Positions 8,766-16,417 of a stretch of 56,487 bases of DNA are shown piece by piece (positions within the stretch are counted from its first letter, which is position 1; every line of letters begins with the position of its first letter). The DNA lies in the NCBI GenBank assembly GCA_964608845.1, contig CAZSPP010000008.1, positions 1-56,487 on the forward strand, written 5' to 3'. Below the pieces are notes generated by a model. The model saw nothing but the letters and a program-made list of their open reading frames with translations, was not told where the DNA came from and searched no databases. Made by a program: the position numbers and the translations under genes. Origin of the DNA: an uncultured archaeon (lineage in GTDB: Archaea; Aenigmatarchaeota; Aenigmatarchaeia; GW2011-AR5; JAHLMP01).

Positions 8766-9115
8766 TACCCGCTTTATAAATTTTATAAATATTATTAAAT
8801 ATATATAAAATAGCAAATATTTAAATCTTTTCAGATATTATCTTTTGTCAAATTACTACGCATTGTGTTGTTGATTTTATTTATTATCTTATTGTTATAC
8901 CCTAAACTCTTACCCCCTAAATCATAACACAAATTACATTTGAAATTATAATATTTTTTATGCTACATCCAAAATCACTAAAACACACTTGAGTGTTTTG
9001 ACCTTTTAAGATAATATATTTTGCAAAAGTACTTAAGAAATAATTGGTAAAGAAAACTTGTTTTTGTATTAATTGTATTATATTTTTTTAATATTTATGA
9101 ACAATAAATAATTTT

Positions 9116-10084
9116 ATGAACACTTTTAGAAATTCGAATTATAATATAAATCTTTTGTCTTTTATTGGGCTTATTATATGTTTGATCTCACTCTTTCTTC
9201 CATTATTTAGTTTGATAGCTTCTCTGGTAGAACCTCAAATTAAGTCTACATTATTGTCTTCTTTTCAAAGAGAATTATCAAGGGTTCAAGAACTTGGTTT
9301 CTTAAATTATTTCATTACGTCGCACTACGTTTCGATATCCATACTCGTTTTTCCGATAATTGGTTTTGTGCTCATCATCATAGGACTATTCACTAGAAAA
9401 TGGCTGGCTTTTACTGGATCTTTGTTTTTGACTCTTTTATCATTGACAATTCTTTACTTTCTTTCATATGGGATAAACATAGGCAGCTCTTCATATACTC
9501 TTATTTATTTTTCTGGAATTGGGTTGTGGGGCTTTTTGATAGGTTCACTTCTATTAGTTTATACTTTCGGAAAAGAAATGCATAGATCCGAAATACTTTA
9601 CTCATTAATAATTGTTTGTATTGTTAGTGGAATACTTTTTTCCAAATTTCCAATTTTTTCTCAAGTAAAAATAGAACAACAGCAAAACGATTCTCTTCAA
9701 TACGAAAAAGTAAAATCTGTTATCGAAGAAAGAATAAAAAATTACTCATCAAAATTCCCATGGACTAAAGTAGATAATTTGAAATATTTCGGTGTATTTG
9801 AAGGTAAATTCGATGGTTATGAGATTTGTGCACTCGGCAACTATGTTTGTGATTATGGAAAAGAAAGAGGGGAAAATATTAACTACATTTACTGTAAACC
9901 TTACGATGAGTATTTTAATCCCTATATTTTCTGTTTTAAAAAAATAATTGTATCATCATCTGGAGAAATTCAAGATGTTATAAAAAAATGCGTCTATAAT
10001 TTTGCTTTCGACCCAAAAAAATTAGAAGTAGTCTCGATAAAGATAGGACAAATGGAGAAAGAACCACCAATATCTAATTGTTGA
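9116..10084 (+). CDS. element cargo: polytopic membrane protein with a Cys-containing C-terminal domain
   Basis: 322-aa ORF with about five hydrophobic segments, then a soluble part with several Cys. No family recognised. Confidence 0.5.
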   Translation: MNTFRNSNYNINLLSFIGLIICLISLFLPLFSLIASLVEPQIKSTLLSSFQRELSRVQELGFLNYFITSHYVSISILVFPIIGFVLIIIGLFTRKWLAFTGSLFLTLLSLTILYFLSYGINIGSSSYTLIYFSGIGLWGFLIGSLLLVYTFGKEMHRSEILYSLIIVCIVSGILFSKFPIFSQVKIEQQQNDSLQYEKVKSVIEERIKNYSSKFPWTKVDNLKYFGVFEGKFDGYEICALGNYVCDYGKERGENINYIYCKPYDEYFNPYIFCFKKIIVSSSGEIQDVIKKCVYNFAFDPKKLEVVSIKIGQMEKEPPISNC

Positions 10085-10308
10085 TTCGAGACGAGTTTCA
10101 TAATATTTTTTGTGGAGTGGAATATTAAAAAATATCTTCCAAAAAGTCATTGTACAGAAACTTTGAAAACATACTTATTTATAGAATTTTAAAGTTCAAA
10201 ACAATCCATAATGATAAAATTAATTTGGAAAACAATACACTTAATCCATTTGTATAAAAAATAGCCATTTTTTATATACTTTTAAATCTTTGTTTTTTAA
10301 TTAAAATT

Positions 10309-11886
10309 ATGTCTAAACTAAAAATTCTGAAATTTTTATTAATGCCACTTATTCTTTCCTCTTTTGTATTTGCACAACCTCAACAAACTTGTCAGATTGC
10401 AATACCAAGGTATGGGGTAATAATGTGTCAATCAACAAGCAGTTACGAATATCCTACAGTTACCTTTTCTTGCAGTGGAAATTCTTGCACCGCAAGTTTT
10501 ACTTGTATTTCAAACTGCCAAATAACAAGTGTCAATGACATTAAAGTCGAGTGCGATCAGTTACAGGCTGCTGTTTGGAAAATTTATAAGAACGGAGAAT
10601 TAGTTACAGAAAAGGGGGTTTGGGGTGGAGGAAATTTTCCGATTACTTTTGACCGTGGAGATACAATAAGGATCGAAGCACAGTGTACAAGAATTTTAGC
10701 TAATTATCCTGTAAAGCCTACATCAAAAGTAGTAATCCAACAATTACTTATAATGCTTTATGAAGGATGGGCAGGAACTTTACCAACTTCTCCAATCTCT
10801 GGAACAGAGGGTTGTAGCATTCAGAAAATTAGAGACAAATACGTCTCGCAACCTAATGTGCAATCTTATATGGATCCTCGAACAAATAGTATAAGAGTAA
10901 AGCCAGATGCAACTTATTCAAGTCTTGACTATGTACCAACAAACTGGCGTGTAGGAGAAACTTACGTCTTTGTTAAGGACTGGGAAACCGGGATAGCCGA
11001 TATTTCATTAACATATGATAAACAAAATAATGCATATTGGTGTGGTGGTAGTTTCGGAAATAGAAAAATTTATGAGGTAAATTATGTTACAAGCCCAACT
11101 GGTACTTGTTATGCTATACCAACCCGCGTATTAAAAGATAATCTTCAATGTTGTTTTCCTTCAGATTGTCTTGCTTTAGATCCTTCTGGAAGGCTTACAT
11201 GCAATCCAGATACATGGAGATGTGAAGAGACAAAACCATGTAATTCCGATATAGACTGTCAACAAACATTTGGTTATCCAACATGTTTAAATAAACAGAT
11301 AACGAGTTGGCGTTGCGATACTACAAAAAAATGGGGAAGCTATTCTGGTACATGTGTAAAACAGGTAAGAAGTGTTTCGCAGTGTCCAAACGAATGTACA
11401 GCAAACGAATATTATAATGAGGATCAGGGAAAATGTTTACCAAGAATTACTTTATTAGAGTGTCCGGTCGGTAAGTGTTGTGAAGCTGGCGGAAATTATA
11501 AACCCAGAAGTTGTCCTAATGGATTACAATGTTGTCATACTGGAGATCCAATAATAGGAGAATGTAAACAAAGTTGTACTGAACAAAGACAAGAAACTCG
11601 TCAAATTGGAGGATGGCAAACTACTACAGGAAATCAGCCAATAACTGGACAATTTGTTCTATATAATAATCCGGTTGTGATTGTAATTTTAATTTTGGTC
11701 ATTATTGCTAGTTGTATCGGCTGTTACTTTTTATTTTGGAAAAAAGGTGGAGTTTCATTAACAAAAAAAGTTAAACCGGAAGAAAAAATAAAAACAAAAA
11801 ATAAGGTGAAATATTGCACAGAATGTGGTGCTAAACAAGATATAAATAACAAGTATTGCACAAAATGTGGAAATAAATTAAATTAA
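10309..11886 (+). CDS. element cargo: secreted Cys-rich protein with a C-terminal TM anchor and cytoplasmic zinc ribbon
   Basis: Signal peptide MSKLKILKFLLMPLILSSFVFAQP, a very Cys-rich ectodomain, the TM VVIVILILVIIASCIGCYFLFW, then KYCTECGAKQDINNKYCTKCGNKL. Confidence 0.6.
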   Translation: MSKLKILKFLLMPLILSSFVFAQPQQTCQIAIPRYGVIMCQSTSSYEYPTVTFSCSGNSCTASFTCISNCQITSVNDIKVECDQLQAAVWKIYKNGELVTEKGVWGGGNFPITFDRGDTIRIEAQCTRILANYPVKPTSKVVIQQLLIMLYEGWAGTLPTSPISGTEGCSIQKIRDKYVSQPNVQSYMDPRTNSIRVKPDATYSSLDYVPTNWRVGETYVFVKDWETGIADISLTYDKQNNAYWCGGSFGNRKIYEVNYVTSPTGTCYAIPTRVLKDNLQCCFPSDCLALDPSGRLTCNPDTWRCEETKPCNSDIDCQQTFGYPTCLNKQITSWRCDTTKKWGSYSGTCVKQVRSVSQCPNECTANEYYNEDQGKCLPRITLLECPVGKCCEAGGNYKPRSCPNGLQCCHTGDPIIGECKQSCTEQRQETRQIGGWQTTTGNQPITGQFVLYNNPVVIVILILVIIASCIGCYFLFWKKGGVSLTKKVKPEEKIKTKNKVKYCTECGAKQDINNKYCTKCGNKLN

Positions 11887-11900
11887 GATAGGGGAAAATA

Positions 11901-12365
11901 ATGAACACAGGTTTAGTTATTTTCGGAATAATTATAATCGGCGGAATGTTTTTCTTAGCAAATATCTATATAACTCCACAACAAAAGCAGCAACTTGAAT
12001 TAGTAAGTTCAGCTTGTAACTTTAATATTTTTGGTATTCCTATCGGACAAATTGGTCAATCAATAAGTTCTGATATTGCACAAAAATGTGAAGAGGTTAG
12101 GATTGTAAAGCAAATACTCTCGTTTGAACCTTTTGCTTATCTCTTAGGATTTATTCTTTTTGTTATAGGATTAGTAATCGGTGGGAGAAAAGAAGTTCAT
12201 ATAATAAAGGAATTTGTGAAAGAACCTGAAGAAGAGTTGGAAGAAGGAGTAGAAGAAAAATCGATAAAATCAAATAAAAAGGTATATAAATTCTGTTCAA
12301 ATTGTGGAAATAAAATTAATCCAGGAGAAAAGTTCTGTGGAAAATGTGGTAATAAGCTTGAGTAA
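11901..12365 (+). CDS. element cargo: small two-TM protein with a C-terminal zinc ribbon
   Basis: Two hydrophobic helices, an acidic linker, then FCSNCGNKINPGEKFCGKCGNKLE. The start lies 14 nt after the previous stop. Confidence 0.55.
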   Translation: MNTGLVIFGIIIIGGMFFLANIYITPQQKQQLELVSSACNFNIFGIPIGQIGQSISSDIAQKCEEVRIVKQILSFEPFAYLLGFILFVIGLVIGGRKEVHIIKEFVKEPEEELEEGVEEKSIKSNKKVYKFCSNCGNKINPGEKFCGKCGNKLE

Positions 12366-12520
12366 AAAACACAACTTCTTTCGGTTTTTATTTATATTTA
12401 TTTTTATTATTAAAGAAACAAATCTCCGTTATAGGTACCTAAAAATATTTCATAATAATAAGCATTGAAAAATAAGAACTTTCGCCAAACTTTAGAATAA
12501 AGTTAGTAGATTTTGGACAG

Positions 12521-13111
12521 ATGTTGGGTTTTATGTTTAAAGGGATAAAACTCGTTGTGGGAGAAATTACAAAACTGGAGGATTTGTTTTTCGGAATCGT
12601 TAAGTTGGATGTAAACCTCGAAGAGATTAAAAAGATTCACATAAAAGAAGGAGATATTGTCGAAATTCTTGGAAAGAAAAGCACAGGAGCTATAGTAGCA
12701 AACGCTTATCCTGAAGATAGGAACATCCCTTTGATTAGAATGGACAAATTAGTAATGAAAAATTGTGGTGCATCTGTTGGTGAGTATGTTGAAATTCGAA
12801 AAATTAAAGTGAAAAACGCAAAGATCATAACATTGGAACCCGAACGTGAAGATATACTGGTAGTTGGTGGTGGAGATCTGCTAAGAAAATTTCTTTTAGG
12901 AAGGCCTCTTAAAACTGGAGACATTATAAAGCCAATTAAAATTGATAAAAAGGATAAAGAGTTTGATGTATTTCGAGAATTCTTTGGAAGAGATTTCGAA
13001 TCGCTTTCATTTCCGTTGATAGATGAAAAATTCATAGTTGTTTCTACACAACCCGAAGGCATCGTTCGAGTTACAGATAATACATTGGTAAGGGTAGTGA
13101 TTAAGCTATGA
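12521..13111 (+). CDS. element cargo: stand-alone CDC48/VAT N-terminal domain protein (no AAA+ modules)
   Basis: IRMDKLVMKNCGASVGEYVEIRKIKVKNAKIITLEP parallels the VAT-N segment IRIDSVMRNNCGASIGDKVKVRKV. At 196 aa it covers both N-subdomains only. Confidence 0.7.
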   Translation: MLGFMFKGIKLVVGEITKLEDLFFGIVKLDVNLEEIKKIHIKEGDIVEILGKKSTGAIVANAYPEDRNIPLIRMDKLVMKNCGASVGEYVEIRKIKVKNAKIITLEPEREDILVVGGGDLLRKFLLGRPLKTGDIIKPIKIDKKDKEFDVFREFFGRDFESLSFPLIDEKFIVVSTQPEGIVRVTDNTLVRVVIKL

Positions 13112-13234
13112 AGTATTGAACACAACATTGAATAAAGCAAAAGCAATTTTCAACTTATTGATTTAGCAAATTTTTATAAATTTATCCACAACTTTAGCTC
13201 AAGAATTCTTTATTAGATCGTAAATAAGAGAAAA

Positions 13235-13810
13235 TTATATTTTAGCTTTTCTTATAAAACTCTTAATTATTTTACTGAAATTCTTAAATATTCTATATCC
13301 AACATATGCAATTATAATAAGAGCAATATAATTTTGTGGTGAAGTTAAATCTAATGCAACACCTTTCATTAAGAAAAGTAAACCCGAAAAGGTAAGTAAA
13401 GCTATAGTAAGATATCTTTCAAATTTTGTTTCTGAGGGGTCACTCATATTTAATTTTCCCTTAAAATAAAATTTCTTTTCGTATCCATAAGGATAAAGCC
13501 AACTAACTCCAGTAACAGTAAAAGAATCTGCAATAAGATGTGTCAACATACCAAGCACGATAGAAATAAATACTAATAAACTTCGTGTTAAATAAAATCC
13601 TATAAGTGAAACTATTAGGACAAACCATATATTATGGCCAAATGTTCTGTGCCGATTACCCATACCCCATTTAAATTGCATAGCCCAATCTATATCAGGA
13701 ATAAACGCAGCAAATCCCATCAAAAGAATAAGATTAGCACCAAATCCAAAAAAGTAGTACATTAAAGAACCGATAAATAAGCCAAAAGCAATATGGGTTT
13801 CAAGCTTCAT
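13235..13810 (-). CDS. element cargo: DUF457/YdjM-type membrane-bound metal-dependent hydrolase
   Basis: MKLETHIAFGLFIG..., HRTFGHN and THLIADSF motifs, with multiple TM segments. Confidence 0.65.
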   Translation of the reverse strand: MKLETHIAFGLFIGSLMYYFFGFGANLILLMGFAAFIPDIDWAMQFKWGMGNRHRTFGHNIWFVLIVSLIGFYLTRSLLVFISIVLGMLTHLIADSFTVTGVSWLYPYGYEKKFYFKGKLNMSDPSETKFERYLTIALLTFSGLLFLMKGVALDLTSPQNYIALIIIAYVGYRIFKNFSKIIKSFIRKAKI

Positions 13811-13843
13811 ATATATTTATTTGGTTTAAATTAAATATATTCT

Positions 13844-14704
13844 TTATCTCCATTTACCTTTCTCGTTTCTAATGATCTCAGAACTTCTCAATTCTCCAGA
13901 TTCAACATATCTTGTTGTTGTTTGAATTGAATTGTGAGCTAGAAACTCCTTCAACATAACCAAATCCTTATATCTTTTGTATAGTTCTTTAGCCCCACTT
14001 GTCCTCACCCAGTGAAAGCTTATCCCATATTCGCCCAAGAATCTTCTGCTCTCAATTTTCAATTCCTTCCAAAGCCTATAATAGCACTCCCACCAAGTTT
14101 CCCATCTGCCTTTAACTATTTTTCTAAAAACATAATCATTTTGATTCTTATCCTTTATGAAACTTTCAAGAAGGTTTGCTGTGATAGGATCCAAATATCT
14201 CTTTGCAATTTTACCCCTTTTCTCTTTACCTATAATGTATGTTCCGTCCTTGTCCTTCTTTATCATTTTAATTTTAAGATTGATTATAGGAGATATTCTC
14301 ATTCCCGTGTCATATAGGATCATCATTATCAATTTCAACTCATCATTAAAATGCTCAATCATGTCCTTGAATGTTTGAAAGTCAATGTATCTTTCATATC
14401 TTCTTTCTTGTGGTCTTAGATAAGTCCTTAACTTATCAATCTCCTTTATCCAATCCTCTTTTTTCAAGAACATGAGGAATTTCTTAATCGCAAATCTTCT
14501 ATTGTATACTATTCTATCCCCCTTTCTTGACAGCAAGTATTTTTTCAAATTTTCCAATTCTATCTCTTCATAAGTATCCAGAAACTTCTTGACCTGCAGA
14601 ACATATTGATTGATTGAGTTTTGTTTCATTGCTGTGTTTTCTCTGAGCCATTTCATAAAATCATTGAGAATGATATCTCTTCTCAACTCTTCCATAAGAG
14701 GCAC
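13844..14704 (-). CDS. int: tyrosine recombinase / integrase
   Basis: Catalytic residues in TGMRISP (R), HWVRTSGA (HxxR) and LAHNSIQTTTRYV (H...Y). An N-terminal SAM-like core-binding domain is present. The GTG start at 14704 or the ATG at 14695 is possible. Confidence 0.85.
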   Translation of the reverse strand: MPLMEELRRDIILNDFMKWLRENTAMKQNSINQYVLQVKKFLDTYEEIELENLKKYLLSRKGDRIVYNRRFAIKKFLMFLKKEDWIKEIDKLRTYLRPQERRYERYIDFQTFKDMIEHFNDELKLIMMILYDTGMRISPIINLKIKMIKKDKDGTYIIGKEKRGKIAKRYLDPITANLLESFIKDKNQNDYVFRKIVKGRWETWWECYYRLWKELKIESRRFLGEYGISFHWVRTSGAKELYKRYKDLVMLKEFLAHNSIQTTTRYVESGELRSSEIIRNEKGKWR

Positions 14705-14758
14705 CTTAAGGTAATTGATTTAATCCTTGATTGTTACAAAGGTCGTTGGAAAGATGGT

Positions 14759-15160
14759 TTAGTAAACATAGTAGTTTGCTGTGGGATTTTTTGCTTTTAT
14801 CCATTTAACAATGTCAGGATATTCTCCTTCCAAGCTTCCGTAAAATAGCCATCTATAAAAGAATTTGGTAATTGTCCTAAAATCATATTTGCTCCATTCA
14901 GAATAATTTGGATTTCTTTCAACATTTAATAAAAATCTTTCTATATCCTCTTTTTTTGCATCTTTAAAACAAACGCCCATCAGTCTATGTATTCTTCTCA
15001 AAATGCTCCAATATTTCAAAATCCTTCCTATTGCATATTTGTTTAATGTTAATGCTTTTTCAAAATTTTCCACAACTTTAAAACATTCTTCACACTCTTC
15101 TCTAAATTTTTGCTTTTGCCTTAATATCCCTTCTTCTCTATTATACAAATCTTTAACCAT
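14759..15160 (-). CDS. integrase N-terminal (SAM-like) domain protein, a possible accessory or remnant
   Basis: 133 aa. ...DIERFLLNVERNPNYSEWSKYDFRTITKFFYRWL...VKWIK resembles archaeal integrase N-domains. It is in the same frame as int but separated from it by two TAA codons. Confidence 0.4.
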   Translation of the reverse strand: MVKDLYNREEGILRQKQKFREECEECFKVVENFEKALTLNKYAIGRILKYWSILRRIHRLMGVCFKDAKKEDIERFLLNVERNPNYSEWSKYDFRTITKFFYRWLFYGSLEGEYPDIVKWIKAKNPTANYYVY

Positions 15161-15190
15161 AATTAATTCAACTTATAGCTTGCTTATAAA

Positions 15191-15200
15191 CCCACGTGGG
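15191..15200. repeat. perfect 10-bp palindrome CCCACGTGGG just inside the element's right end
   Basis: Self-complementary and GC-rich in an AT-rich context, located between the start of the 133-aa ORF and the terminal inverted repeat. Confidence 0.6.
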
Positions 15201-15201
15201 G

Positions 15202-15220
15202 GGCATTATAGAAGTTGAAC
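15202..15220. repeat. element-terminal inverted repeat, right copy (GGCATTATAGAAGTTGAAC)
   Basis: Reverse complement of 8747-8765 with one mismatch. Confidence 0.8.
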
Positions 15221-15235
15221 AAGCCCCGGACGAGA
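15219..15235. repeat. attL: 17-bp direct repeat ACAAGCCCCGGACGAGA within the tRNA-Thr 3' end
   Basis: Identical to 8728-8744. Confidence 0.85.
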
Positions 15236-15306
15236 TTTTCGCTAAAATTCGAACTCGTGACCTTTTGCTTACCATGCAAACGCTCTACCAGCTGAGCTAC
15301 CGGGGC
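15222..15306 (-). tRNA. tRNA-Thr(GGU) with a 12-nt insertion in the T-loop
   Basis: Hand-folded. GCCCCGG-TA-GCTC-AGCTGGTA-GAGC-G-TTTGC-AT-GGT-AA-GCAAA-AGGTC-ACGAG-TTCGAATTTTAGCGAAAAT-CTCGT-CCGGGGC-T. It is 73 nt once the 12 extra nt are removed. Confidence 0.85.
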
Positions 15307-15383
15307 TTCTTTATTTTATTTTTTAATAAAGAACAAATAAATTTTTATTTTGATATTTAAAGTTGTTTAGAAAAGATAAAAAT

Positions 15384-16397
15384 ATGGGAAGAAAGGCAAG
15401 TGCGATAGCAAATTCAAATATTGCATTAGTAAAATATTGGGGTAAAAGAGATGAAGAATTAATTCTACCATATAATAGCAGTATAAGTGTAACATTAGAT
15501 AATTTATTTACTCACACCACAGTTGAATTCAGCAAATATTTTTTTGAAGATAAGGTTTTTATTAATGGAAAAGAGATAGAAAAAGGCACGAGCGAGTATG
15601 AAGAATATATAGGAAGATTTCTTAGAAAATTAAGAGAATTATATCCAGATAAAATAAATGGCATGAAAGCAAAGATCGTTTCAAACAACAACTTTCCTAC
15701 AGCTGCAGGATTAGCTTCTTCAGCATCAGGGTTTGCTGCATTGGCTTTAGCTTGTAACGAAGCTTTGGATTTAAATTTGAGTAAAAAGAAGTTAAGCATT
15801 CTTGCAAGATTAGGATCTGGTTCTGCATGTAGATCTATATATGGTGGATTTGTAGAATGGAAAAAAGGAAATAAAAAAGATGGTAGTGATTCTTTTGCAC
15901 ATCAAATAGCACCTCAAAAACATTGGCCAGATTTTAGGATTATTGTTTGTGTTACAAGTATAAAAGAAAAAAAGATTAAAAGCAGGGTAGGAATGAAGCA
16001 AACTGTCAAAACATCACCTTTTTATAAAGCTTGGTTAGAAACGGTTGAAAATGATTTGAAAGATGTTAAAAGAGGTATACTGAAAAAAGATTTTTCTTTG
16101 GTAGGAAATGTTGCTGAATTAAATTGTCTTAAAATGCATGCTACAATGCTAACAACTAAGCCACCAATAATATATTGGAATGAAGAAACAATTAGTTTAA
16201 TAAATGCTGTTATGAGCTTAAGAGAAGAAGGAAAAGAATGTTATTTCACAATTGATGCTGGACCTCAAGTTAAAGTTTTGTGTTTAGAAAGAAATGTAAA
16301 TGTTATAGCAAAAAGATTAAAATGGGCTTTTGAAGGAAAACTTATAATATCAAAACCAGGAGGAGATGCTATACTCACAGAAAAACATTTATTTTAA
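15384..16397 (+). CDS. mvaD: diphosphomevalonate decarboxylase
   Basis: NIALVKYWGKRDE, NFPTAAGLASSASGFAALA, RLGSGSACRSIYGGFVEW and YFTIDAGPQVKVL closely parallel bacterial and eukaryotic MVD. Confidence 0.88.
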   Translation: MGRKASAIANSNIALVKYWGKRDEELILPYNSSISVTLDNLFTHTTVEFSKYFFEDKVFINGKEIEKGTSEYEEYIGRFLRKLRELYPDKINGMKAKIVSNNNFPTAAGLASSASGFAALALACNEALDLNLSKKKLSILARLGSGSACRSIYGGFVEWKKGNKKDGSDSFAHQIAPQKHWPDFRIIVCVTSIKEKKIKSRVGMKQTVKTSPFYKAWLETVENDLKDVKRGILKKDFSLVGNVAELNCLKMHATMLTTKPPIIYWNEETISLINAVMSLREEGKECYFTIDAGPQVKVLCLERNVNVIAKRLKWAFEGKLIISKPGGDAILTEKHLF

Positions 16398-16417
16398 TTT
16401 TGAATGGTATCGATTAA

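Larger units (their letters stand above)
8728..15235. mobile_element. integrated element (~6.5 kb) in the tRNA-Thr 3' end, carrying a tyrosine recombinase
   Basis: 17-bp direct repeats at both ends. Inverted 19-mers (18/19 match) sit just inside each repeat. The integrase lies next to the intact tRNA. Cargo spot-counts GC-richer than the flanks and uses CGN Arg codons. Confidence 0.8.

Noticed and set aside
8601-8816. 71-aa minus-strand ORF.
   Set aside because: It overlaps tRNA-Pro, attR and the element's inverted repeat, and is explained by those features.
8985-9004. Inverted repeat AAAACAC-ACTTGA-GTGTTTT in the 350-nt non-coding left arm of the element.
   Set aside because: It is a single short A/T-rich hairpin with no second copy noticed. 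It could be an operator or terminator, but the evidence is insufficient.
14705-14761. Possible stop-codon read-through or a single-mutation split joining the 133-aa ORF to the integrase.
   Set aside because: Although both ORFs share a frame, the spacer holds two in-frame TAA codons, and the downstream ORF is already a full-length recombinase. Simple read-through is therefore unlikely.
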